64,000 bases of DNA, taken from assembly GCF_006345805.1 (NCBI RefSeq), contig NC_043019.1:31619360-31683359 (forward strand), read 5' to 3'. The notes beneath the pieces are model-generated. The model searched no databases. It saw only the letters and a program-made list of their open reading frames with translations, and had not been told where the DNA came from. Below, piece after piece: positions 27,572 through 42,468 of the stretch. This stretch comes from Octopus sinensis. Its lineage: Eukaryota. Both the position numbers and the translations under genes were made by a program. Numbering within the stretch: position 1 is the stretch's first letter; every line of letters starts with the position of its first letter.

Positions 27572-28292
27572 CATCACGTTAAATGATGATATATATATAT
27601 ATATATAATATATATATATATACATACATACACACATATATATACACACACATATATATATACATACATACACACATATATATACACACATATATATATA
27701 TACATATACATACATACACTTACACACACACACACACACACACTCACAAACATAATACATACATACAAACATATCTTTAGGGATGGATTAATGGATGGAA
27801 GACAACTCAATAATGTGTAAGACCATTGCTTTCTTAATGAGCTGCAAAGCAAACATAGCCTTTTAAACCAAGCTGATAATTTGCTGCTTTCACTAAAACT
27901 GTTATACAAATATCTCTTGTGAATAACGTGCAACGCCAAATCTTTGCAATTGGAATTATGATCATGTATCTCTTCAGATCTCCAAGAGAATTTAGCATGT
28001 AAAATGTGATTCTGTTCAAAATGTCCTGATGCATTGAGCAAACCTTTTTTTATCGATGACATCCTGTTGATTGCATATTTTTTATCAATGATATCCTGTT
28101 GATTGCTTATTTTTTTCTGCATAGATATGGACATTTTTTCAAATCAGATTTAAGACAGCTTTTTGTATCTTAACTTCAGTCTATAAGAAAGAGTTTTTTT
28201 ATTCCTTTCAGATGTTTTGTAATAGAATGTGTGCATGTGTGTGTATATTCACATAAATATATACATACATATATACATGAGTGTGTGTGTAT

Positions 28293-28378
<86 letters not shown>

Positions 28379-28538
28379 TGTACACACATACACATGCATA
28401 ATATTTGTAAACAAACACAAAGACTGTGAGTTACGGAGAAAGAGCAACTATGAAAGACTTTTATACAATAATAACTATATTATAATATATCATAATAATA
28501 ATTTATATACTCTGATTAAAAGAGACATTTTTCTAAAC

Positions 28539-28833
28539 AATTGGCTGAAAAATGATGAGCTAACACAGGCCAGAATCGAACCTACAAATCAATGCTTACA
28601 TGGCTCCTTGCACATCTGATTGGGCCAACACACTCACCCATCATAACTTTCAAAGTCTTTGGACCTGCTATAAATATTATAAGTAGCTTTAAACAATTAT
28701 GTCTGTATTCATATAATTTGGCTGAATTTGATGGGTGAGCATGCTGGCCCAATGAGATGCACAAGAAGGCATGTAAGTGTTGATTTGTGGGTTCAATTCT
28801 GGCCTGGGTTAGCTCATCATTTTAAAGTCAATT
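28539..28833. repeat. Inverted repeat, ~105-bp arms, ~85-bp spacer; arms carry A/B-box-like motifs
   Basis: 28539-28643 is the diverged reverse complement of 28729-28833. Confidence 0.8.
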
Positions 28834-29055
28834 TAGATAAATGTCGCTTTAAATTGGAGTATATTTATATTATTGTTGTGATATATTATATAGTTATTAT
28901 TGTGTGTGTGTGTATATATATGTGTGTGTGTGTGTGTGAGTAGACAAATGAAAGGGCACTCAACACATTTATTGAGTTACATGTAGGGATCAAAACAGTT
29001 TGATTCAAACTCCTTAGTACTCTGAGTTTCAAGCATGATGCTAATCTGTTTTGAT

Positions 29056-29089
<34 letters not shown>

Positions 29090-29318
29090 AGTTAAACGCA
29101 GGTGTTATTCAAATATAAATCCATTTATTTATTTATATATATTATACAAAATATTTCACGTAAACCCGAAGTTTCTACCTTTAAAAACAAGGAGTTATAA
29201 CCTTTTTACTTGTGTGATTTTTTGCTACCCGGGTAACTATTTATCTATTTTTTCCGTGTTAAATGTGAACAAGGTAAAAATACACACATCCGTTTATATA
29301 TATATATATATATATATG

Positions 29319-29480
29319 TTTCAAACAATTATAAAGAATATGGAGACAGGTGCATCATCAAAATGTTTTCCTTTTAATTTTACATACAGTTGTACTGTTG
29401 CTGTACGACCAACTGAAAAATTAAAGGATAAAAATTTTTGATGATGTACCAGTCTCTATATTGTTTATAATTGTTTGAAA
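29319..29480. repeat. Imperfect ~160-bp hairpin (MITE-like)
   Basis: tttcaaacaattataaagaatatggagacaggtgcatcatcaaaa is mirrored by tttgatgatgtaccagtctctatattgtttataattgtttgaaa; inner CAGTTG/CAACTG pair. Confidence 0.75.
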
Positions 29481-30291
29481 TCTACACTCCTGATACCATC
29501 CATAATTCATGGAAGTGAACCTGGAGTTACCCATCACATGAATTAAAGTAGAATTGTTAATACTAAGTGATCATTGATCTTTATTACTGCTTGATGTGGT
29601 TAGCCATAACCTGGAGTATACCTGAGAGCTACCACAGTACCCACCTGGATAACCTTATCCCTATACACTCACATTATATATACACACACACACACACGTT
29701 TATATATTTATATATATATATATCACTGTTCACTGTTACCAACCATTCTATCAGATGTTGCTACACATTGCTGGTCACAGTGCGAAGCGCATTGTTTTAG
29801 CCTTCAAGTGACACCACCCCACTGGCTAAGTGAGCAGGCCAACAGAAGAAAGAGTGAGAGAAAGTTGTGGCGAAAGAGTACAGCAGGGATCGGCACCACC
29901 CCCTGCCAGAGCCTTGTGGAGCTTTTGGTGTTTTCGCTCAATAAACACTCACAACGCCCAGTCTGGGAATCAGAACCGCAGTCCTATGACTACGAGTCCG
30001 CTGCCCTAACCACTGGGCCATTGCGCCTCCATATATATATATATATTATATATATATATATATAAAATTAAATATGCAGCTGAAATAGCTATATATAGTT
30101 TCATGCTATAATGATACTTGAAATGGCATATCTATAAAATATGCCATGTGTCTTAAAGCAAACTTTCATTCTCTGTTTATGCATTATATATAATTTTAAA
30201 TCCAAGAATACTGGTCAGTAAGAAAATAAGAAAAGTATGTATAATTTAGAAAATTACATGAAACAAGGAAAATATGATTGGGTGATGTTAG

Positions 30292-30636
<345 letters not shown>

Positions 30637-30954
30637 TATATACATACATACATATCTACACATACATATCTACATACATGCTGGCTTATAATATATATAT
30701 ATACACACACATACATACATATCTACATACATGATGGTTTATAAAATGACTTTTAACTTTAAAAATTAACCCTAAAGTGGGTAGGGATGTTGTCTCAGAT
30801 TCCAGATATCAAATATTAATCTTAAATTTTGTGATTTAGTGTTGGCATGGCTGATGGATGACAGTGGGCTAACCCCTGTCTAGGTAACTACTGACATGGT
30901 ATCTTATGCACCCAGATATCTCATACACTGACTTAAACTATATATATAATCATC

Positions 30955-31285
30955 GTCGTCATCATTGTCGTTGTCATCACTATCAATGTCGCCATCATTG
31001 TTGTTATTGTCATCATCATCATTACATCATCATTATTGTCATCGTTGCTGTCATCGTTATCATTTTCATTGCCATTGTCATCAACGCTGTCGTTATCATT
31101 GTCATCATCATCATTACATAATCCTTGTTGTCATTGTTATCCTTGCCATCATCATCATCATTATCATTATCATAACTATCAGCATCATCATCACTGTTCA
31201 CATCATCGTTATCATCATCATCGTTGTCGTCATCATCATCATCACCATCATCAGCAGCACCACCACCACCACCATCATCATCATT
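30955..31285. repeat. Degenerate (CAT/TAT/CGT)n trinucleotide array
   Basis: Low-complexity tract. Similar (TAT)n arrays at ~43195-43350 and 43950-44110, (TAG/CAG)n at ~15630-15810 and (TA)n at ~40250-40620. Confidence 0.95.
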
Positions 31286-31942
31286 AGCGTTTTAACATCC
31301 ACTTTCTCCCATGCTTTCATGGGTCAGATGGAAATCATTGAGGTAAATGTTCCTATGGCCTGATGTCCTTCCTGTTGCCAAACCTCCCCTGTTTCTAAGC
31401 AAGGAAACACTTCTCCATGGCCAGACATGTTTCCATGGAAGATTGGGAGAAAACGAAAGGGCACCACTTGTATGGCAATAATGCTCATTTTGCAACTATT
31501 GCCCAATGTCATGACAAAAGGACATAAACATATGCACACACGTTTGTGTGTGTGTGTATATCATTTTATTTTTCATCGTTTTTAACATCCATTTTTCCAT
31601 GCTGGCATGGGTCAGACAGAATTTGTTGAAGTGAATTTTCTGCAAGTCGATGCCCTCTCTGTTACCAACCCTCAACTGTTTTCAGGCAAGGTAATATTTC
31701 CCAAAGGCCTGCCATGTTTTCACAGAAGGTTGGAAATGAGGGATGCCACCTCCATGATGGTGACAGACATTTACAACTTTCATGCAATGTCAAAACAAAA
31801 AAAAGATAGTAACACCCTTAGTCATATTTAGTGACATTTATAGTTTTCCTTTCCACTGTTACATTACAGTTGGCTGTCTATATTGATTATATACATATAT
31901 ATGTATGTATGTGTGTGTATGTATATATATATATATACATAT

Positions 31943-32013
<71 letters not shown>

Positions 32014-32830
32014 TAGCTGTGTGATAAGAAGTTTGATTCTCAACCACACAGTTGAATATTTCTTTTTTGTTGATCCTACTTATAATATAACAGTAAGTGT
32101 GCTAAGTAGCTTGCCAACGAACCACATGGTTCCAGGTTCAGTTCCACTGCGTGGCAACTTGGGCAAGTGTCTTCCACTGTAGCCTCAGGCCGACCAAAGT
32201 CTAGTGAGTGGGTATTTGGTACACAGAAACTGAAAGAAGCCCATCGTATATATATATATGTATATATGTATGTATGTATGTGTGTGTATATGTTTGTGTG
32301 TTGCGTTTGTCCCCAACATCACTTGACAACCGATGCTGGTGTGTTTATGTCTCTGTAACTTAGCAGTTTGGCAAAAGAGACTGATAGAATAAGTACTAGG
32401 CTTACAAAGAATAAGCCCTGTGGTCGATTTGCTCAACTAAAGACGGTGCTCTAGCATTGCCACAGTCAAATGACTGAAACCAGTAAAAGAGTAAAAGAGA
32501 TATATACATATAAGTGGCCAAGACCTTTGCAGGTAAGGTGTGCTTGAGAAGACTCGTCAAACCAAGTAAAATCATAGCCATGGCTGACGCCAGTAACACA
32601 TACCTGGCATCAATACTGGTGGCACATAAAAGCGCATGTGCCAGTGACACGTAAAAAGTACCCATTACATTCTTGGAGTGGTTGGCATTAGGAAGGGCAT
32701 CCAGCTGTAGAAATCATGCCAAATCAGATTGGAACTTAGTGCAACTCTCCGGCTTACCAGTTCCAGTCAAACCATCCAACCCATGCCAGTATGGAGAGTA
32801 GATGCTAAATGATGATGATTATATATAATA

Positions 32831-32998
32831 GGCGTACAGGTGGTTGTGTGGTAAGTAGCTTGCTTACCAACCACATGGTTCCAGGTTCAGTTCCACTACG
32901 TGGCACCTTGAGCAAATGTTTTCTACTATAGCCTTGGGCCGACCAAAGCTTTTGAGTGGATTTGGTAGACAGAAACTGAAAGAAACCCATCATATATA

Positions 32999-33059
<61 letters not shown>

Positions 33060-33288
33060 ACGTGTGTGTGTGTGTCTGTGTTTGTCCCCCCAACATAGTT
33101 TGACAATCAATGCCGATGTGTTTACATCCCTGTAACTTAGCGATTTGGCAAAAGAGACTGATAGAATAAGTACTAGGCTTACAAAGAATAAGTCCTGGGG
33201 TTGATTTGCTCAACTAAAGGCAGTGGTCCAGCATGGCCACAGTCAAATGTCTGAAATAACTAAAAGAGTAAAAAAGAGAGTAAAGAGT
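32831..33288 (+). mobile_element. SINE family A (tRNA head, CORE-like ccttgggcaagtgtctt, internal TA/TG microsatellite), full length
   Basis: A box TGGTTGTGTGG, B box GGTTCAGTTCC, tail gactgaaacaagtaaaagagt. Other copies at ~32097-32500, 38030-38390, 59975-60365, 62570-62995 (+) and ~7780-8160, 14730-14940 (-). Confidence 0.8.
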
Positions 33289-33294
33289 GTATAT

Positions 33295-33342
<48 letters not shown>

Positions 33343-33402
33343 AATTTTACTGTTCTGTTATAGGTAGGAGCAACAAAAACAAGTACACTATCCAGTGAGA
33401 GA

Positions 33403-33620
33403 TTAACCCTTTCGTTACTGCATTTATTTTGAGATGCTCTGTGTTTCTTTCAATTACTTTAAATATAACAAAGAATTTAGTAGAATAACTTAGTTATCAT
33501 TGAGCTAGTGTTAGGAACACATATTGTGACTAAGGTTTGGTGGAAGATTTTAATTCAAAACTAGAAATTTGTATTCAGAGCCAGAGCCGGTTTCAGCCGG
33601 GTTGGTAATGAAAGGGTTAA
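33403..33620. mobile_element. piggyBac-type MITE
   Basis: TTAA-CCCTTTCGTTAC ... GTAATGAAAGGG-TTAA. Confidence 0.8.
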
Positions 33621-34031
33621 TATCATTTAACATATACAATTTTAAAAAGAGCTGGAATGATACAGTAGTTTGGCAGGTTTATATAGCAAGCCATGCAACT
33701 CCAAGCAATCTTTCAGGTTCAGTGCATATTATTAGACATATTTGAAAGCTAGGATGCTGGTCTAATAGAAAATGTGAGTAAAAAAAATAAGAGAAACGTG
33801 TAGAAGGTTGATGCAAAAAGTGGAAATTGAAGAAAGGAAAGGAAAGTAAGAAAACCAAAATCTTAGTCCACTTTGTCTGTAGAAATTATCTCCTTTTTAT
33901 AAGTGTTTGCCTTCACGTATCTTCAAAACTATAATGGTAACAGTTGATTTACACGTTGTTGAGTAGCCTCGTACCAAATCTATTTAGGAAAAGCTTTTGT
34001 GGTATAATGACGGAAATAAGTTTAATCTTAA

Positions 34032-34123
34032 ATGATTAGGTGCTGTGTTGTGCTTCAAAAATTTTCTCTTGCAATGATTAGGTGGTGTGTTGTGCATCAA
34101 AAATTTTCTCTTGCAATGATTAG
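34032..34123. repeat. Tandem repeat, 42 bp x 2.2
   Basis: atgattaggtg(c/g)tgtgttgtgc(t/a)tcaaaaattttctcttgca repeated. Confidence 0.9.
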
Positions 34124-35095
34124 AAGCATCACACTGCATCATATAATTTATCAATACATAATTCCATAGAAGTGAGTTACGGAGGTGGGAAACAACTGCT
34201 TTTGTTTCTACTTTGATTTCCAGGGATTGAAAAAAAAAAATTTAGTTTTATATTTTGCTTGTGAACATTTTCTGTATTAGACACATAATTAAACAAGGAA
34301 ATATTAAAGTCGCTTACACCTATAAATTTTATGAAGAAGGAAAATCCCTGATAGCATGACATATTTATTGAATTCATTCCACAGCTAATTCCCAGTTAGA
34401 TCAGTGTCACCTTAATTACAATGCTAATACCCTTGAAAAAGACAAAGGATATGAGCAACTTGACTTCTTTTGCCATATCCCCTTAAAACTACAGCTTTCA
34501 TAAGACTGTAAATTTTATCATCAAATTACCGCATGCAATAGGGAGATTAAGATGATTTTAATATCCTTAAGTCAGAGATGAGTTATTGCCAACGAGATTG
34601 TAATTATTTAGTTTATTAATTAATCATAACTTTGGAAATGAAATATTTCTATTACAACTACTCTACTCTTTTATATTTTTAATCCCTTGGATGTGTACAT
34701 CATCCCAGACTGGTTTTGAACTAGAAGCCAAACTTGATATAATCTTCAAATTATCAACACATTGCTACTGATGGGCAGTCAATTGGCTACATTGGTTTCT
34801 GAGTTCAAATCCCACTAAGGCCAATAAGCTTTTCATCTTTCCAGGGTCAATAAATGTACTAGAGTTGATCCTTCTCTTTCTCTCAGTCATTCTTTCCATC
34901 TGTGTGATTGTGTCTTCTGGAACAAAGCACTTGTGATCATACCTAAAAAAAGGGATGAGCTCCATCAGGTTTATGAATCTCTAAGGCATGCCATATTTCA
35001 CAATGTTGCCTCAAGATGTTGAGAGACTAAAGCAAGGAAAATTATTAAACAACAGCAAAAGTAGATTTATCTTTCCTCCAGCCAAGATGGTGGTG

Positions 35096-35135
<40 letters not shown>

Positions 35136-35539
35136 CTGCAGTGGCTGTAGTCATTGGTAGAATCATTACAGCTTCAGATAAAATTAGGCCTTGCAGTATC
35201 TATTCCTGTTCCCTTATGTTCTGAGTTCAAATTCATCTGAGGTCAGTTACTGTCCAACCCATACAAGCATGGAAGAGTAGATGTTAAAATGATGTTGGTG
35301 ATGATGACGACGACGATGACAATGGTGATGATGATGACGATGAGAACAATGACGCTGGCGGCGACGACGACGACGACGATGATGATGTTACAACATGCCA
35401 AAACATGTGTCAAGATACCTGGACATGATTTTGTAGTGAAAGTACAAGCAAAGGGTACTCTCCGTATAAACGGTGAGCTTGTTGTTTACAGTCAGTGAAC
35501 ACATGTATATAGATGGGGTGGGGGGATAGGAAGTTAATC

Positions 35540-37350
35540 ACCCAAGCACTCACACACACGTGCACACATACAAACACACACATACACTCAAAGGCACACA
35601 CGAGCACACACACATACAAACACATAGACAGTCTCTCTCTCTCACACACACCACAAACACACAGATTAACACAAATATACAAACACATGGACACTCACAC
35701 ACACACATGCATGTGCATACGTACATACACACATGCATGTGCTCACACGCACACATACACAAAAAAACACAAATACACACAGATACATACAAGCACACAC
35801 ACATACAAACACATAGACACTCACAGACACACACACACACAAGCACACAAACATACAAATACATAGACACTTACACACACAACCACACATACACAGACAC
35901 ACATGCACAAGTGTACACACATACAAACACATAGACACACACACATACACACACACACACACACACATACAGGTGAGCACAAATATACAAACACAGACAC
36001 TCACACACACACATGCAGGTGAACACAAACATACAAACACATAGACACACACACACACATACACACAAAAACACAAATACACACAGATACATACAAGCAC
36101 ACACACATACAACACATAGACACTCACAGACACACACACACAAGTGTACACACATACAAACACATAGACACACACACCAACATACACACACAAAAACACA
36201 AATACACACAGATACATACAAGCACACACACATACAACACATAGACACTCACAGACACAACACACAAGTGTCACACATACAAACACATAGACACACACCA
36301 CACATACACACAAAAACACAAATACACACAGATACATACAAGCACACACACATACCACATAGACACTCACAGACACACACACACAAGTGTACACACATAC
36401 AAAACATAGACACAACACACACACCCCATACACACAAAAAACACAAATACACACAGATACATACAAGCACACACACATACAACACATAGACACTCACCCA
36501 CCAACACACAACAGCACCAAACATACAATACATAGACACTTACACAACAACCACACATAACACAGACACACAATGACCACACACGTGTACACATACAACA
36601 AACATAATCCACACACACATACACACCACACACACACCACAACACATACAGTGAGCACAAATATACAAACACGACACTCACACACACACATGCAGGTGAC
36701 ACAAACATACAAACCATAGACCACACACACATACACACAAAAACACAATTACCACAGATACATACAAGCACACACACATACACACAAGACACTCACAGAC
36801 ACACACACACAAGTGTACACACATACAAACACATAGACACACACACAAACATACACACCAAAAACACAAATACAAACACCAGATACATACAACACACACA
36901 CCATACAACCATAGACACTCACAGACACACACACACAAGTGTACACACATACAAACACATAGACACACACACACACATACACACAAAAACACAAATACAC
37001 ACAGATACATACAAGCACACACACATACAACACATAGACACTCACAGACACACACACACAAGTGTACACACATACAAACACATAGACACACACACACACA
37101 TACACACAAAAACACAAATACACACAGATACATACAAGCACACACACATACAACACATAGACACTCACAGACACACACACACAAGTGTACACACATACAA
37201 AACATATCGACACCCACACAACAATCACACAAAAAAACACAACTACACACAGATACATACAAGCACACACACATACAACACATAGACACTCACAGACACA
37301 CACACACAAGTGTACACACATACAAACATATAGACACACACACACACACT
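35540..37350. repeat. CA-derived minisatellite, ~120-125-bp unit, about a dozen copies
   Basis: Anchor aaaacacaaatacacacagatacatacaagcac recurs at ~36068, 36193, 36314, 36438, 36986 and 37107. Confidence 0.9.
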
Positions 37351-38991
37351 GTTCTCATTTCATAACCCATAATGTGACCACCACAACTTTTCAGGTCATG
37401 TACTGACCACTCTACACGCAGCCCTGTTTTCCCAGAATGTTAGCACTGCAAAACTCTGTTGCTGCATTTGTTTATTCCACAACTGTCAGCTTGCTACAGC
37501 TTGAGGAATATTAACTGTATCAGTTCGAAGAAAGAAAGAAATAGTTTTCTCTTAATTCAATATTATATAATAAAGTTTACAAATTTGGGTCATTTTTCAC
37601 ACAGTGTAGTACATGAGCACTGGTGTAGCGAAGCTTTTTTTTCAAACACAAGAAATATCTTCTAAACAGTTATTGTAAGAATGTGAAGGTGCGTGGCTCA
37701 GTGGTTAGAGCATTGGGTCCACAATTAGGAGGTAGTGAGTTCAATTCTTGGACCAGTCTGTGTTGTGTTCTTGAGCAAGACACTTTATTTCCTGCTACTC
37801 CAGTTCACTCAGCTGTAGAAATGAGTTGCAATACCACTGATGCCAAGCTGTATCAGCCTTTGCCTTTCCCTTGGATAACATCAGTGGTGTGGAGAGGGGG
37901 AGACTGGTATTACATAAACAACTTTACCCAGGCTTGTGCCTCAGACAGGAACTTTCTATGTGCAATCCCATGGTCATTCATAACCAAAAGGAGGTGGGTG
38001 CTTTAGCTTTTTTTTTTTGTTAAGCATTTACAGGCACAGGTATGGCTGTGTGGTAAGAAACTTGCTTCCCAACCACATGAATTTGAGTTCACTCCCACTG
38101 TGTGGCACGTTGGGCAGGTATCTTAATATTAGCCCTAGGTTGACCAAATCTTTGTGAGTGGACTTGGTTAACCGAAACATATGTGTGTTTGTGTTTCTCC
38201 TTCATCACTGCTTGACAACCAGTGTTGGTGTGTTTACATCCTCCTTACCAGTTCAGTAAAGGTGACTGATAGATAAGTACCTGGCTTAAGAAACAAAAAG
38301 TAAGTCCTGGGGTTGATTTGTTCGATTTATCCCTTCAAGGCAATGCCACAGAATGGCCACAAGTGTTTGAAATAAATAAAAAATAAAAACATAGATCTGT
38401 CTCTCTCTTCCCTCACTCTCTTTTCTTTTTCTCCTTCTCTCTCTCTCTCTCTGAGAGCTTTATCTGAAACATCACTATTCTAATCTCCCTATGACATACC
38501 AACTTAGCCAATTCTACTAAGTTTACTAAATGACTCTCACCAACATAAACCATCGCTAGTTTCCTCAAACTTTGGTTTCTTATTTGATATTTTATATGCA
38601 ATAGTTTATTCCATGAATAAAAAAAAGAAAGAAAGAAAAATTCCTCAGCTAAATTTTCATTTGTTGTGGAATAAATCTTCAAAAGTATTTGGCTAGTATT
38701 TGATCCCCAAATTTTTTTGCCATATATTTATTGTAAGTTGCATATACAACCTTGTATTTTCCCATATATTTACTTGTAAGCTGCATCAATACCTGATGCG
38801 TGGTACACCAGGCACCTGTTCAGACCATGTCAATTATATGGAGGGAGTAAGCTAATGTACAGCACATACATTTGATCACTATCAACAAAAGCATTTGTGC
38901 CTGTCATTCGGCAAAAAAACTGAACACTCATATGTTGTCTTTGACAGGAGAGTCCACCATATATTTATATGCAAATATTTATACATAAATA

Positions 38992-39373
38992 TATATAAGA
39001 ATTTTTTGTGTAATGAGATAAAAAAACAAGGCTGTGTAGATATTAGAACATTTATAGATAGGTCTTTCAGCTGTTTCCAGGATATTTATTAATTATATCC
39101 CTTCATTGCAGATGGTATAAGAGGATGGTTAAGTCAGTTTAGATGTGATACAAAATTGAGAGTGAGGTGGAGGAAAGAAAATAGATGCAAGATGCAAGAT
39201 ATGTAGGGATATTGAAGTTGTAAATCCATTTTTTTAGGCAGAATGATATATATGTAATATTTCAATACCCTATGAGTAAAGTCCAAAAGTCAACAGAATT
39301 TGAAATGGGTCCTTGTTCTAATATCTACACAGCCTTGGTTTTTTTATCTCATTACACTAAAAATTCTTATATA
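38992..39373. mobile_element. MITE-like element with ~60-bp terminal inverted repeats
   Basis: tatataagaattttttgtgtaatgagataaaaaaacaaggctgtgtagatattagaaca is mirrored at 39314-39373. Confidence 0.75.
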
Positions 39374-40297
39374 CACACGTTGACATAGAACCTACGTTGA
39401 ACCCCATATTCGCAAAATTACCAAATCTGGAAATTAACTATGGTCTGTCTATAGCACTTATTCAGCATTACCTAACACCTTTGGTCTCAATGACACCATT
39501 ATCTCTTATAACCTCAACTTCTTGCTATATAAATATATATATATGTGTATGTGTGTGTGTGTGTGTGTAAACATATTTATAAATATGTATATGCATATAT
39601 AAGTATTCATACACAACATATATATACATACATATATATTTTATATATATAAAATAACGAAGGCAGCTATATATATATATATATGCCTCACCTATATCAC
39701 AGTTAATGAGAAACCTCCCTTATGAAAACAAAAAGTCAAAAACCACAAAACAGTAATTACTAATGAGATTTGCATGTTTATTGTGTGTTTTCTTTATGTC
39801 TTTTGCTCTTTCTTTTTCTTTTGCTAAGTTTGAAACAATGTTTTTTTTCACTTAGATTTTAAACAAATAAATCAACAAAAATTTTTATATGTATTTTAAA
39901 AATTTTCATTAATGTCTAGGAGGCAAAATTAATTGTATTAAATTCATTATGTATATTTTCATATAATTTCAAAATTCCAACACCAATATCTTTGTCCTTA
40001 AGTCAATGCATCTATATATATATATATATATTATATATAAAGACCCACACAAATATATATATATATATTCAATATATACCATATAACATAAAATCACATC
40101 CCCTCTCCGCTATTCTATTGCATATTTCAAACATCATTTGAAACAGGCTCCTCAAACTGTAAGTTCTTGGGTTCGTTAATTTTTTTTTTTTTTATCTTTT
40201 TAAAAATATTCTATTTCCTCCTAAGACTCACTCTGCATGACATGTTGTAATTTTCCATATATATATATATGTATATATGTGTATATATATATGTATC

Positions 40298-40373
<76 letters not shown>

Positions 40374-41659
40374 TATATATATATACATACATATATACAC
40401 ATATGTATATATATATATATAATATAAATATAAATATATATACATATATATAAACATAATATATAAAATATATACATTCATATATACATATATATATATT
40501 ATACATTTATACATATATATATATATATAATATATATATATATATATAATATATATATACATATAATATGTATTATATACATATGTATATTAAATATATT
40601 ATTATATATATATATATAAATTGTGTTCAAAAGATTTTTTCCCTGTATAACTTTTCAACACCTTATCTGTCAATCGTACTTTACAAAGTATTGTATCATA
40701 CTTTCCAGACAAATATTTTATAATTTGTTGTTGTTTTTTTCCCACCCCTCACATTTTTTCCATTTTTTTGTCTTTTTTTTCTATTTTTCTTACTAATTTC
40801 CTTATACTTTGGCACCTTGTGTTTGTGAGCTGCACCTTATGCAGGTGCCAGAATGCTTTTAAAACATACTACACGTAAGGTAATATTTGCAACATAGAAC
40901 TGGTGAGCAAACAAAATGGCTTGAATTCCGCTACCAATTCTTAAGAATGATTTAATCCATGGCAACTAAAATTTAATAAATGTCTGTCTGTGTGGGTGTG
41001 TATTTTTTTTTACCTTTTTCTTCTTGTGAATATCTTTAAATGGTCAATATACCTCAAAATGTTATCTTTGGTATGCATCATCAATTTGCTTTCACTTTTG
41101 AACACTTTTCCTCTTTCTTTTTTGGGCATGGTTGTTATTTAATGAATCATTTCCTCATAAAAGATGAAATCTATAACAATAAACAAAACAAAAGCTTGTT
41201 ACTACTCTAATGTAGCGTGATATTTCCTGTGTAAAATTAAATTTCTTCAAGGCATGTTAGTTTAGTTATATTGCTAATTAGTTGTGTGCCAAGAGCAACG
41301 AAAACCCACAAATTAAAATTTCATCTAACTTTTCATACATTTCATTTATCCAAAATAAAATCACTCTGAGGGTAAAGGCTTGCGGTTACTGAGCATGTTT
41401 TATACAAAGAGAAATTCTTTAATGATTCCTGATAGCTCCTTATGCCTTAAAATCAATCAAAAATACTCCCACTTTCATAATTAGCTTAGTTGAAAGGTAA
41501 CTATTCTTTAAATCTATTTTGTCTCTATTTCAAATTTGTTTTATAACTGCTGTAGGATACCACTGAAATATTTGATAAAAGGAGAAAATATTTTAAAAAA
41601 TAAACATCAAATTATAATACATATATATATGTGTGTGTGTGTGTGTATATATATACATA

Positions 41660-41690
<31 letters not shown>

Positions 41691-41746
41691 ATGTATGTAT
41701 GTATGTATAAATCCTTAAATCCTTAAATATATATAAATATATATAA

Positions 41747-41777
<31 letters not shown>

Positions 41778-42155
41778 TATATGTATGCATATATATATAT
41801 AATTGAAATTTACAGAAAAACAAAAGACAAAGACTGGTGTATGAACAACAAACAGGTATATTAGTTTGATGCTCGGGGAAAGTGAGGAAGTCTTTTATGT
41901 TTCAAGCCTACATCTATATTCAGCTCACCTGTGAAACATATGTGGTCCTGTTAGAAATTAAAACTTTTAGTATTGATAATTTCTAATACACACACACACA
42001 CACATGCACGCACATGCATACATATATATATACACACATATCCACACACACACACATATATATATGAACATATACATATACATACATATGTATAGAATGG
42101 TAGTAAGAAATGGAGATGACACAGGAAAAACAATGGTTATGTTATGAACTTCATT

Positions 42156-42243
42156 AGCTAACAGCTGTTTCTGCTATAGCAGAAACAGCTGTTAGCTATA
42201 GGATGCAGTGCCTGAATAACATCTTATAGCTTCGTCAGAGCCT
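42156..42243 (-). ncRNA. Hammerhead-like motif interrupted by a 22-nt inverted duplication
   Basis: Minus strand GGCT-CTGACGA-A-GCTATA-A-GATG..CATC-C-TATAGC-[22-nt insert]-A-GAAAC-AGCT-GTT-AGCT. A perfect 44-bp palindrome lies at 42155-42198. Confidence 0.6.
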
Positions 42244-42423
42244 CAAAAATGAAGTGGGATTTATTAGAGGAAAAGGAAAAAATTAATTACCAGTGAGAAA
42301 GTTATTGCTGAGATATATAAAAAAAAGTGTATCCAAATGCCAATTTAATATGTTAGTAGAAAAAGTGTATACATAGATATATATATATATATGTATGTAT
42401 GTAAATATATACATACATATAAA

Positions 42424-42468
<45 letters not shown>

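Noticed and set aside
27574-28134. 186-aa minus-strand ORF
   Set aside because: No recognisable motif; ends in microsatellite; its start lies in a 31-bp local tandem repeat.
30965-31363. Poly-His/Ile/Ser ORFs right after the 116-bp exon
   Set aside because: (CAT)n array inside the intron; the exon closes with a strong GTAAG donor at 30448.
35429-35470. Exon-like 36-bp stretch (tttgtag TGAAAG...AAACG gtgag)
   Set aside because: Weak acceptor; in the phase-0 intron it would start with TGA; no ferlin similarity, and the flanking exons already join cleanly.
35540-37350. CRISPR-like regular repeat array
   Set aside because: No unique spacers, low-complexity units, eukaryotic intron, no cas genes.
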